Assembly (NCBI RefSeq): GCF_001652585.1
Contig: NZ_LWLG01000003.1
Location: 97,838-129,837 of the forward strand
Direction of reading: 5' to 3'
Length of the DNA: 32,000 nucleotides
From: Thermosulfurimonas dismutans
GTDB lineage: Bacteria > Desulfobacterota > Thermodesulfobacteria > Thermodesulfobacteriales > Thermodesulfobacteriaceae
A model generated the notes under the pieces. That model saw nothing but the letters and a program-made list of their open reading frames with translations. It searched no databases and was not told the origin of the DNA. This document shows positions 1 to 8,550 of this stretch, piece after piece (within the stretch, counting starts at the first letter, position 1; the number at the start of each line of letters is the position of its first letter). Position numbers and translations under genes: made by a program.

Positions 1-2
1 CC

Positions 3-704
3 TATGGTATAGATTTGGCTTTTACGGATGAGGCCTTAAGGGAGTTAGCCCGAAGAGCAGCGCGAGAGAACACCGGGGCCAGGGCCCTTTCCCGAGTCCT
101 TGAAAGGGTCCTCATTCCCTTTGAAAAAAGTCTTCCCAGCCTGGGAGTCTCATTTTTGGGGGTAAGCCGGGAGATAGTGCTTGAGCCTGAAAAAGTCCTT
201 TCTGAGATGAAGCTATCCCCAGAAAATCCACGCTGGCGAGTCTGGTATGAGAAGGCCCTTAAGGATGAAGAAGGGCGCACGCTAACTTTCCTTGAGACCC
301 GCAAAAAGAGCTTTTTTGAAAATTACAGGTTGCCCTTTACTCCGGCCAAACTTGAGCTGGCGCTGCTCCTGCACCGAAAGGAAGATCTGGATCTTCAACA
401 GGCCTTGGAAGAACTTCTTATGTTATGGCGTCAGATTCGGAGTTTTGAGAAGAGTTTCGAGAGACGTTCGAGGCTTAAGGTTTATTTTTCAGAGGGGGCC
501 CGGGACCTTATCCTTTCCGAGGTCATTAAAAAAGACGAAGGGGTGTACGCCTTCTGTGATCGGATATTGAGCGTACTTGAATACGGGCTTAAGCTTGTAG
601 GAGACAAAACCGGAAAGACGATTTTTGAACTTCCGGAGGAGGCGGTGAGGTCTCCCGAAGAATACCTCAATCAACTGGTGCGTTCCTCTTACCATCTGGG
701 TTAG
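3..704 (+). CDS. ClpX/HslU-family AAA+ ATPase, C-terminal part (5' end lies outside the window) with a long extra C-terminal region
   Basis: The frame is open from the window edge (YGIDLAFTDEALRELARRAARENTGARALSRVLERVL..LPS). This is the sensor-2/C-terminal helical pattern of ClpX/HslU-type unfoldases (FTDEAL..IA....TGAR.L....E..L). About 165 further residues follow with no motif I recognise. Confidence 0.6.
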   Translation, partial: YGIDLAFTDEALRELARRAARENTGARALSRVLERVLIPFEKSLPSLGVSFLGVSREIVLEPEKVLSEMKLSPENPRWRVWYEKALKDEEGRTLTFLETRKKSFFENYRLPFTPAKLELALLLHRKEDLDLQQALEELLMLWRQIRSFEKSFERRSRLKVYFSEGARDLILSEVIKKDEGVYAFCDRILSVLEYGLKLVGDKTGKTIFELPEEAVRSPEEYLNQLVRSSYHLG

Positions 705-706
705 TC

Positions 707-1078
707 ATGGCTAAAACTCCCCTGGTTTATCTAGCATTATCGGAAAGTGTAGCCCAAAAAGTAAAGGAGATTCTCAAAGGTTTTAACTGCCGGGTGGAAA
801 GCGTGCCTGATGGTGAAGCCCTTATAAACCTTTCGCGGGAAACATTGCCCGATCTTATAATAATAGAAAAAGAGATACCTAAACTCGACGGTTACGCAGC
901 TGTTTTGCTTTTAAAAAACGATGAGAAGACTGCGGAAATCCCGGTGGTAGGGATTTGTAAATGTCTTTCGGACATTGAAGCCGAAAAGGCCCGGGATGCT
1001 GGGTGTGACGATTATGTGTGTTATCCTTTTGAAAAGGAAGAACTGGAAAAAATCCTAGAAAAATTTTTGGTGAGGTAA
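707..1078 (+). CDS. Single-domain CheY-like receiver protein with degenerate active-site residues
   Basis: 123 aa with the receiver fold pattern (PDLIIIEKEIPKLDGYAAVLLLK ... IPVVGI ... DDYVCYPFEKEEL). It starts 3 nt after the upstream stop. The phospho-acceptor position reads E, not D. Confidence 0.7.
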   Translation: MAKTPLVYLALSESVAQKVKEILKGFNCRVESVPDGEALINLSRETLPDLIIIEKEIPKLDGYAAVLLLKNDEKTAEIPVVGICKCLSDIEAEKARDAGCDDYVCYPFEKEELEKILEKFLVR

Positions 1079-1081
1079 GGC

Positions 1082-2266
1082 ATGATAGGCATTTCCAAAC
1101 TCTATTGTGGCACAGTTGAGGCTTCGGACCCTTTACGTTACGGCCGAAGAGCTAAAGATTTACCTTCCCATCTTCTCCAGTTTTCGGCGGACAAGCGGCC
1201 GGTAGTGGTCTGGAACGTGACCAAGAGATGTAATCTCCGGTGCGTTCACTGTTACGCCTCCGCGGATCCTTCCCCTCATCCGGATGAACTTACCACGGAA
1301 GAGGGTATGGCCCTCCTTGAGGATCTGGCGCAGTTCGGATGCCCGGTGGTTCTCTTTTCAGGCGGTGAGCCTCTTATGCGTCCGGACATCCTAGATCTGA
1401 TTCATAAGGCGGTGACTCTCGGCCTGCGGGCGGTGGTTTCTACCAATGGAGTCCTTATAGATCGGGCTCTGGCCCGTGAACTAAAGAAGTTCGGTCTTTC
1501 TTATGTAGGCATCAGTATGGACGGCTTACGAGAGGTTCACGACCGTTTTCGGGGAGTAAAAGGGGCCTTCGATAAGGCAATGGAGGCGGTAGAGAACTGC
1601 AAGGCCGAAGGCATCAAGGTGGGCCTGCGGTTTACTATCAACAAACTCAACGCCCAGGAGATTCCGGGTATCTTTGACTTGGTTGAAGAGTATCAGATCC
1701 CGCGGATCTGTTTCTACCATCTGGTCTACGCCGGTCGCGGATCAAAATTGATGGAACAGGATCTCTCTCACGAGGAGACCCGGCGCTGGGTGGATTACAT
1801 CATTGATCGTACTAAAGAACTCCACGAGAAGGGGCTCAAGGTGGAGGTCCTCACGGTGGACAACCATGCTGACGGACCCTACCTCTACCTCCGTATGAAG
1901 CGGGAGGGCAACCCCCGGGCCGAGGAGGTCTATGAACTGCTGAAAATGAACGGGGGCAACAATTCCGGGGTGGGGATAGGCTGTGTTTCCTGGGATGGTT
2001 CGGTGCATGCGGACCAGTTCTGGCGGCACTATTCCTTTGGAAACGTCCGGGAGCGGCCCTTTAGCGAGATCTGGATGGATACCTCAGACCCCCTCATGGC
2101 CAAGCTCAAAGAGAAAAAAAAGCATGTAAAGGGGCGGTGTGCCAAGTGCCGCTTCCTTGAGGTCTGTGCTGGAAATTTCAGGGTGCGGGCGGAGGCTGCT
2201 ACCGGGGATGTTTGGGCCCCGGATCCCGCCTGCTATCTTACGGATGAAGAGATTGGTATAGCTTAA
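1082..2266 (+). CDS. Radical SAM/SPASM-domain protein, NirJ/AhbC/AhbD-like (alternative heme / heme d1 type)
   Basis: CNLRCVHCY is a Cx3Cx2C radical SAM motif. GGEPL is present, and a C-terminal Cys cluster ([10 protein letters not shown] ... PDPAC) is typical of SPASM auxiliary clusters. The N-terminus [15 protein letters not shown] resembles NirJ/Ahb family members as I remember them. Confidence 0.75.
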   Translation: MIGISKLYCGTVEASDPLRYGRRAKDLPSHLLQFSADKRPVVVWNVTKRCNLRCVHCYASADPSPHPDELTTEEGMALLEDLAQFGCPVVLFSGGEPLMRPDILDLIHKAVTLGLRAVVSTNGVLIDRALARELKKFGLSYVGISMDGLREVHDRFRGVKGAFDKAMEAVENCKAEGIKVGLRFTINKLNAQEIPGIFDLVEEYQIPRICFYHLVYAGRGSKLMEQDLSHEETRRWVDYIIDRTKELHEKGLKVEVLTVDNHADGPYLYLRMKREGNPRAEEVYELLKMNGGNNSGVGIGCVSWDGSVHADQFWRHYSFGNVRERPFSEIWMDTSDPLMAKLKEKKKHVKGRCAKCRFLEVCAGNFRVRAEAATGDVWAPDPACYLTDEEIGIA

Positions 2267-2283
2267 GAAAGGAGGAAGAAGGG

Positions 2284-2886
2284 ATGAGGAAAATAGAAAG
2301 AGCCCTTATCAGTGTGACAGATAAGACCGGGGTGGCGGAGTTTGCGAAGGCCCTGCACGAGATGGGCGTCGAGATCGTTTCCACCGGGGGCACGGCCCGC
2401 GTAATAAGAGAGGCCGGGGTTCCGGTAACGGATGTCTCAGAGGTTACCGGTTTCCCGGAGATGCTTGACGGTCGAGTAAAGACTCTGCATCCCAAAATCC
2501 ACGGAGGGCTTCTTTTCATAAGGGACAAAGAGGAGCACGTACGCCAGATTCAGGAACACGGCATTAAGCCCATAGACCTCGTGGCCGTAAACCTTTACGC
2601 CTTTGAGAAGACGGTGGCCTCCGGTGCGGATCTTGAGACCGCCATCGAGAACATTGATATCGGCGGCCCCACTCTTCTTCGGGCCGCGGCCAAAAACTTC
2701 AAATATGTGACGGTAATTGTGGACCCCGCAGATTACGAACGGGTACTTTCCGAGATGAGAGCCAACAACGGGGCCACTACGCTTAAGACCCGGTTTGACT
2801 TGGCCCGCAAGGTCTTTGAGACTACCTTTCGCTACGACCGGGCTATTGCGGAATACCTTGCGCAGGTCTCCCCTCCCGAGGAATAG
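2284..2886 (+). CDS. purH: IMP cyclohydrolase, stand-alone PurH N-terminal (MGS-like) domain; no AICAR transformylase domain
   Basis: [18 protein letters not shown]......[24 protein letters not shown] is the PurH N-terminal signature. The ORF stops after 200 aa. A strong RBS (GGAGGAAG) lies upstream. Confidence 0.8.
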   Translation: MRKIERALISVTDKTGVAEFAKALHEMGVEIVSTGGTARVIREAGVPVTDVSEVTGFPEMLDGRVKTLHPKIHGGLLFIRDKEEHVRQIQEHGIKPIDLVAVNLYAFEKTVASGADLETAIENIDIGGPTLLRAAAKNFKYVTVIVDPADYERVLSEMRANNGATTLKTRFDLARKVFETTFRYDRAIAEYLAQVSPPEE

Positions 2887-3570
2887 ATGATATGTGTTTC
2901 CATTGCGGAGCCTACGGTCGAGGCCGTCCTCAGGGCCCTCGCGCAGGCGCAGGGGCAGGCCGATCTCTTTGAGATAAGGCTGGATGCCCTTGAGAAGCCC
3001 GCGGTAGCTCCCTTCCTTTCCGTTCGGAAAAAACCCCTTCTTTTCACTTTCCGGGCGGAAGAGGAAGGGGGTTTTCGTCCTGTTCCTCTTTCCGAGCGTC
3101 TGACGTGGCTTCGCGAGGCCGCCTCTGCCGGGGCGGACTATGTGGACCTCGAACTTTCCGCCGGCCCCGAGGCTATCCGGGAACTTCTCAAAGTCTCCAG
3201 GACCACGAAGCTCATTCTTTCGTATCATAATTTCGAAAAAACTCCGAAAGAAGACTACTTAAAAGACAAAATTAAAGAAATGGTTGAAATGGGGGCAGCC
3301 ATCGGAAAGGTGGTCTGCATGGCGAAGGAGGTGGAGGACGGGTTGAGGCTTCTCGGGCTTATTCCCTGGGCCAGGGAGTGTTTTGATATACCGCTTATGG
3401 CCTTTGCCATGGGGCCGCTCGGGAAATGGACTCGGGTGGTCTCGGTGCTCTTGGGAGCCCCTTTTGCCTATGCGGCTGCAAGACCCGGTGGTGCGACCGC
3501 CCCTGGGCAGCTTACGGCGGAGGAATTGCGTAAGGCGCTTGCTCTTCTTTCTGAGGAGAAGATTTCATGA
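2887..3570 (+). CDS. aroD: 3-dehydroquinate dehydratase, type I
   Basis: 227 aa with ICVSI......DLFEIRLD, the SYHNFEKTP motif and a KVV..A region typical of type I DHQase. The start codon directly follows the purH stop. Confidence 0.85.
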   Translation: MICVSIAEPTVEAVLRALAQAQGQADLFEIRLDALEKPAVAPFLSVRKKPLLFTFRAEEEGGFRPVPLSERLTWLREAASAGADYVDLELSAGPEAIRELLKVSRTTKLILSYHNFEKTPKEDYLKDKIKEMVEMGAAIGKVVCMAKEVEDGLRLLGLIPWARECFDIPLMAFAMGPLGKWTRVVSVLLGAPFAYAAARPGGATAPGQLTAEELRKALALLSEEKIS

Positions 3571-4379
3571 AGGTCTTCGGGGTTATAGGCTATCCAGTGT
3601 CTCACTCCCTCTCGCCAGTGATGCACAACGCGGCTTTAAGGCATCTCGGGATCCCAGCGGTTTACGGGGCCTTTGAGGTCGGCCCCGAGGATCTTCCGGC
3701 CGCCATCTCCGGAGTCCGGGCCCTCGGGATAGGTGGACTTTCGGTAACTGTCCCCCACAAGGAGGCCGTAATGGCCTGGCTTGACGAGATAGACCCGGTG
3801 GCCGAAAGGATCGGGGCGGTTAACACCGTAGTGAACCGGGAGGGATGTCTTTTCGGAACCAACACCGACTGGCTCGGGGTCAAACGTAGTTTGCTAGAGG
3901 CCGGGGTGGAACTTTCTGGGAAGAAGGCCGTGGTAGTGGGGGCTGGGGGAGCAGCGCGGGCGGTGGTCTATGCCCTCTGCGAGCTAGGGGCCGAGGTTGA
4001 GATTTACAACCGCACGTTTCCGAAGGCCGAAAAACTCGCGCGGGATTTCGGGGGAAGAGCCTACGCCCTTTCCGAAATTATTAAGGCTTCTGGGGAAATC
4101 ATCATTCAGACCACGAGTGTGGGGTTAAAGAGCTGGAAGAGTCCGGTGCCGAAGGAGGTCTTTGAAAATTTTCAGGTGGCTATGGACATCGTGTATGTGC
4201 CGCTCAAGACCAGGTTTCTTTCCGAAGCGGAGGCTGCTGGCTGCCAAACCATTGACGGCCTCAAGATGCTGGTTTATCAGGGAGCAGAGCAATTTAAACT
4301 TTTTACGGGGTACGAACCTCCGGTAGAATTGATGTATCAGGAAGCTCTAAGGAGTCTTCATGGAAAAGAAAGAGATTAA
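3567..4379 (+). CDS. aroE: Shikimate dehydrogenase
   Basis: The N-terminus FGVIGYPVSHSLSPVMHNAA, the motif SVTVPHKE, NTDW.G and the GAGGAARA Rossmann motif are all present. The start overlaps the aroD stop in an ATGA junction. Confidence 0.9.
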   Translation: MKVFGVIGYPVSHSLSPVMHNAALRHLGIPAVYGAFEVGPEDLPAAISGVRALGIGGLSVTVPHKEAVMAWLDEIDPVAERIGAVNTVVNREGCLFGTNTDWLGVKRSLLEAGVELSGKKAVVVGAGGAARAVVYALCELGAEVEIYNRTFPKAEKLARDFGGRAYALSEIIKASGEIIIQTTSVGLKSWKSPVPKEVFENFQVAMDIVYVPLKTRFLSEAEAAGCQTIDGLKMLVYQGAEQFKLFTGYEPPVELMYQEALRSLHGKERD

Positions 4380-5631
4380 GCCCCTTAATAGCTCGATTGC
4401 AATAAAACTAAGGCTTCCAGGGTCAAAGAGCCTCACACAGAGGGCCCTTCTCTGTGCGGCTCTGGCTAAAGGAGAGTCGGTTATAAAAAATCCCCTAATT
4501 AGTGAAGATACGGAGCTTCTTTCCGAAGCCCTGCGGACTTCGGGTTGCGGGCTGGAACGCAGGGACGGGTCTTTTGTGGTTTCTGGAGTCTCTGGAGAAC
4601 CAGTCTTTTCCGGGGAGGAGATCTTTTTCGGAAACAACGGCACCGGTTCCAGATTTTTTCTGGCCTATGCCGCGCTTTCCCGGAATGGGGAGGCTGTCCT
4701 TTATGGGAAACCACGGCTCCATGAAAGGCCCATGGGGCCCCTGATTACGGCTCTCAGGAGTTTGGGGGCAAAAGTAGAGTGTCTCTCCAGAGAAGGGTAT
4801 CTTCCGGCAAGGGTCTCTCCCGGAAGGCTTTCAGGAGGTCGGATTACGCTCCCGGCCACTCAAAGTAGCCAGTATATCTCGGCTCTCCTTCTCATCGGTC
4901 CTTATCTTCCCGGAGGGCTTGAACTGGAGATCGAAGGACAGATGGTCTCCACCCCGTACGTGGAGCTCACCCTTTCGGTGATGTCGGCCTTTGGGGCGGA
5001 GGTGGAGAAGATTTCCGGTGGTTTCAGGGTTAGTGAGGGCGGCTATCGGGCCCGGATCTATGAGGTGGAGGGGGATGCCTCAAGTGCCTCTTATTTTCTT
5101 GTTCTTCCGGCCCTTCTTGGAGGCTCGGTGGAGGTGGAAAATCTTTCCCCTGATTCCCCCCAGGCCGACACGCTGTTTTTCAAGATACTTTCAGAGAGCG
5201 GGGGCCGGGTCGAAAGGGCAGGGCAGGGTGTAAAGGTGGAGTTCTCCACACCTCCCCGGGCCTTTGAGGTTGATTTGCGAGAGGCTCCGGATCTCTTTCC
5301 CACCCTCTGTGTGCTAGCTGCGGTGGCCGAAGGCAAAAGTCGGATCTACGGGGCTCCGCATCTGAGATACAAGGAATGCGATCGCATAGCCGCCATGGCC
5401 ACTGAACTTTCAAAGACCGGAGTCAAGGTGAGAGAACTTCCCGATGGTATAGAAATAGAAGGCGGCAGAGAACTTCACGGAGCCGAGATTGAGACCTATG
5501 ATGACCATCGCATCGCCATGTCTTTTGCGGTTCTCGGGCTTAAAGTCCCGGGCATGGTCATTCGCAATCCCGCCTGTGTGGCCAAGTCTTTTCCGGAATT
5601 CTGGGAATATCTGCGTAAGGTTTACGCCTGA
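4360..5631 (+). CDS. aroA: 3-phosphoshikimate 1-carboxyvinyltransferase (EPSP synthase)
   Basis: Motifs LPGSKSLTQRALL, GNNGTGSRF, SSQY.SALLL and DHRIAMSFAV are present. 423 aa. Confidence 0.9.
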   Translation: MEKKEIKPLNSSIAIKLRLPGSKSLTQRALLCAALAKGESVIKNPLISEDTELLSEALRTSGCGLERRDGSFVVSGVSGEPVFSGEEIFFGNNGTGSRFFLAYAALSRNGEAVLYGKPRLHERPMGPLITALRSLGAKVECLSREGYLPARVSPGRLSGGRITLPATQSSQYISALLLIGPYLPGGLELEIEGQMVSTPYVELTLSVMSAFGAEVEKISGGFRVSEGGYRARIYEVEGDASSASYFLVLPALLGGSVEVENLSPDSPQADTLFFKILSESGGRVERAGQGVKVEFSTPPRAFEVDLREAPDLFPTLCVLAAVAEGKSRIYGAPHLRYKECDRIAAMATELSKTGVKVRELPDGIEIEGGRELHGAEIETYDDHRIAMSFAVLGLKVPGMVIRNPACVAKSFPEFWEYLRKVYA

Positions 5632-6204
5632 TTAGATCCAATATTCGGGATATCTTCGACTAGCCGGTATATTGTTAACTAATACGGCAATGATTAGCAT
5701 GATAAGGGCCCCCAGGCCAGCCGGTATAATAGCGTACAGGTAACCCAAATTGTGAATCTTATTACTACCTATGACCGCGATCAGGGCCGTGGCACCACCC
5801 GGAGGATGTAAGGTCCTCGTAGCATGCATAATAGCAATGGCTGTGGAAACCGCTAGAGCGGCTGCCAGCCACATCTCAGAATGGAATAGTTTATAACAGG
5901 TGACTCCCACGAGGGCCGATATGATATGCCCCCCAACTAGATTTCTCGGCTGAGCCAATGGACTTTTGATGGCACCGTATATCAAAACCGCAGAGGCTCC
6001 AAAAGAGCCTATGACCATGACCAGGTCCGTGTTTGTGAGCAGGTTGTAATGGATGTAAGATACGGCTGCGATCCCCAGAAACGCCCCGATCCATGACCAA
6101 ATGATTTCGGAAAGGCTTACCCGGGGCGGGCTTTTAGTTACACCTTTCATTTTTGATAGATATTCGGATAAATAACTGTGTCTATGTTGTTTGATTTTTT
6201 CCAT
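5632..6204 (-). CDS. HPP family integral membrane protein
   Basis: 190 aa and multi-pass hydrophobic, with the HPPGGATAL motif that names the family. Confidence 0.8.
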   Translation of the reverse strand: MEKIKQHRHSYLSEYLSKMKGVTKSPPRVSLSEIIWSWIGAFLGIAAVSYIHYNLLTNTDLVMVIGSFGASAVLIYGAIKSPLAQPRNLVGGHIISALVGVTCYKLFHSEMWLAAALAVSTAIAIMHATRTLHPPGGATALIAVIGSNKIHNLGYLYAIIPAGLGALIMLIIAVLVNNIPASRRYPEYWI

Positions 6205-6207
6205 CCT

Positions 6208-6236
6208 TTGGATACCTTGGAACTTTTTGCTATAAT
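6208..6236 (+). promoter_or_regulatory. Candidate sigma70-type promoter for aroK (TTGGAT-N17-TATAAT)
   Basis: TTGGAT lies at 6208-6213, followed by a 17-nt spacer and TATAAT at 6231-6236, in the AT-rich divergent gap. A second candidate (TTGGTG 6251-6256, N18, TATAAT 6275-6280) also exists. Confidence 0.3.
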
Positions 6237-6339
6237 GATCTAATGCTTCTTTGGTGAGTTAGCAAGTTAAAATTTATAATTTTGTGGTTAAAAATTTGTA
6301 AACTGTGTTTTAACTGGCTTTAATTTATGAGGATATAAG

Positions 6340-6855
6340 ATGTGCTCCAGAATCATATTGATCGGTTTTCGAGCCACGGGTAAGACCACCGTGGGTAAGT
6401 TGTTGGCCAAAAGGTTGGGCTACCCTTTTGTGGATCTGGATGAGTATATTGAAAGGAAACTCGGTAAAAGCATCCGGGAGGTGGTGGAGGAAGGGGGCTG
6501 GCAGGCCTTCCGAGCGGAAGAAAGGAAGGCCATGCGGGAGTTTGCAGAAAAGGGAGACCTGGTGCTTTCGCTCGGGGGCGGGGCGGTGATGCACGAGGCC
6601 GAAATGGAGGCCCTGAAGGAAGAGGCTTTGGTGGTCTGGCTCTCGGCCCCGGTTGAGACCATTATTGAACGTCTTTCCCGCGATCCGAAAACTGCCACCC
6701 AGCGCCCGTCCTTGACGGAAAAATCCCTAGAGGAGGAGGTGAGGGAACTCCTTTCCCGCCGGGAACCGCTCTACGCCCGCTTTGCGGATCTTCGGATCTC
6801 CTCGGAGGGCTTATCCCCGGAGGAGATCGTCCGGAAGATTTTGGAAGTCCTTTGA
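6340..6855 (+). CDS. aroK: Shikimate kinase
   Basis: The P-loop reads ILIGFRATGKTTVGKLLA, followed by the DLD motif and F/R..E..(GGGAV) typical of AroK. GAGGA RBS lies 6 nt upstream. Confidence 0.85.
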   Translation: MCSRIILIGFRATGKTTVGKLLAKRLGYPFVDLDEYIERKLGKSIREVVEEGGWQAFRAEERKAMREFAEKGDLVLSLGGGAVMHEAEMEALKEEALVVWLSAPVETIIERLSRDPKTATQRPSLTEKSLEEEVRELLSRREPLYARFADLRISSEGLSPEEIVRKILEVL

Positions 6856-6929
6856 GTTCAACTTTTGGTAAACGAACCTTGAGTTGCTTACTGAGGCGCT
6901 TGACCCGAGCTTCCCACACAACGTCGTTT

Positions 6930-8546
6930 TTATCTTAAAACCTCGACAAAGCGGAAGGTCCGGACATCGAATAGCCCCCGATCGGTGAGCTTGAGCTCGG
7001 GGATCACCGGAAGGGCCATGAAGGAGAGGGTCATGAAGGGGGCCGTAAGGCGGGAACCCAAGACCTCTTTGCTAAAGCGATCAATTTCCTCGTATTTCCG
7101 GGCCACCTCGAAGGCCTCCTCCGGGCTCATGAGACCGGCCACCGGCAGCGGCAGCACCATTTCGGCCTCCTCGCTTACCGCCGCAAGGCCGCCCCGGTTC
7201 TCTATTACCAGGTTTACGGCTTTGGCGATAAGCTCGTCGCTAACCCCTACGGCCACGAGGTTGTGGGAGTCATGCGCCACCGAGGAGGCGATGGCCCCTT
7301 TCTTCAGACCGAAACCCTTTACGAAGGCCACCGCCGGTGGGGCCTCTTGATACCGATTGATGATGGCTATTTTCAGGATGTCGTGTTCGGGATCGGCCTC
7401 GAAGATCCGGCTGCGGGTCCTGAAGCTTGTCTCCCGGGTAAAAAGTTCGCCATCAAGGGCCTCTATGACCCTTATTTCCCTGAAATCGGAAACAAATTCA
7501 AAGTCTTGGAGGTTTTTGGGTCTGGCCTCAAACCGGTTGGGGATGGGGCAGGGCGGAGGGGCCATCCTCACCTCGCCCTTCTCGAAGACTACCTGGCCGT
7601 TGATGACGGTTCTCACGACCTCAAAGTCTGTGAGATCCCTCACCTCGATGAAGTCGGCTGGCTCTCCCTCTTTCAGGGTTCCCACTTTAAGGCCATAATG
7701 CCTTACGGGGTTAAGGCAGGCGACTTTAAGGACTTCAAATAAATCATGTCCTTCCTTTACGGCCCTTGCCACCAGGGAATTTATATGACCCCTGAGGAGA
7801 TCGTCGGGGTGGCTGTCGTCGGTGCAGAACATGAGACTTTCGGGATATTCGGAAATAAGCGGGGAGAGGGTTTCGAAGTTTCTGGCTGCCGAGCCCTCTC
7901 TTATGAGGATTTTCATACCCTTTTCTATCTTCTCCCGGGCCTCCTCATAGCTTGAAGCCTCGTGATCCGTAGAGATGCCGGCCTCGATGTAGTGGGTAAG
8001 GGCCTCTCCGCGAAGCCCCGGGGCGTGTCCATCCACGGGTTTTCCGTATTTTTGGGCCAGCGCTATCTTGGCAAGTAGTTCCTCATCACCAGCAAGGACC
8101 CCGGGAAAGTTCATCACCTCGCTGAGGAAGCCTATCTCCGGAAGTTTCAGAAGTTCCTCCACTTCTGCCGGGCCCAGGCGGGCCCCGCTGGTCTCAAAGG
8201 GAGTAGCGGGCACACAGGAAGGGGCCCCGAAACAGAACTTAAAAGGCACCCTCCGAGCGTCCTCCAGCATGAAGCGGACGCCCTCAAGACCAAGAACATT
8301 TGCGATCTCGTGGGGATCGGAAACCACGGCCACCGTCCCGTGTCTTACCGCAAGTCTTGCAAACTGTGAGGGCACCATCAGGGAGCTTTCGATGTGAACG
8401 TGGGCGTCCACGAATCCGGGAAGGATGTAAGTCTGACAGGGTTCGTTTATCCTCCGGATGGCTTTTATGACTGGCCCCTCCACCTCTATTTCAGAAGGGA
8501 TGATGGTCCGCTCCTCGGGGTTTACCAGGTTGGCCCTGAACTTCAT
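6930..8546 (-). CDS. ade: Adenine deaminase
   Basis: 538 aa. LPGFVDAHVHIESSLMVPSQFAR......SDPHEIANV matches the adenine deaminase (amidohydrolase) signature. Confidence 0.85.
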   Translation of the reverse strand: MKFRANLVNPEERTIIPSEIEVEGPVIKAIRRINEPCQTYILPGFVDAHVHIESSLMVPSQFARLAVRHGTVAVVSDPHEIANVLGLEGVRFMLEDARRVPFKFCFGAPSCVPATPFETSGARLGPAEVEELLKLPEIGFLSEVMNFPGVLAGDEELLAKIALAQKYGKPVDGHAPGLRGEALTHYIEAGISTDHEASSYEEAREKIEKGMKILIREGSAARNFETLSPLISEYPESLMFCTDDSHPDDLLRGHINSLVARAVKEGHDLFEVLKVACLNPVRHYGLKVGTLKEGEPADFIEVRDLTDFEVVRTVINGQVVFEKGEVRMAPPPCPIPNRFEARPKNLQDFEFVSDFREIRVIEALDGELFTRETSFRTRSRIFEADPEHDILKIAIINRYQEAPPAVAFVKGFGLKKGAIASSVAHDSHNLVAVGVSDELIAKAVNLVIENRGGLAAVSEEAEMVLPLPVAGLMSPEEAFEVARKYEEIDRFSKEVLGSRLTAPFMTLSFMALPVIPELKLTDRGLFDVRTFRFVEVLR

Positions 8547-8550
8547 CCGG

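Noticed and set aside
2437-3228. 263-aa ORF on the minus strand spanning the purH/aroD junction
   Set aside because: It lies antisense to two genes with unmistakable family signatures. Its translation is Arg/Gly/Pro/Leu-rich low-complexity sequence, typical of the stop-poor antisense frame of GC-rich coding DNA. I see no RBS or motif.
6856-6929. Rho-independent terminator in the convergent aroK/ade gap
   Set aside because: Only weak 4-5 bp stems with long loops are present (CAACT...AGTTG and GTCG...CGAC), and no GC-rich hairpin is followed by a T-tract on either strand.
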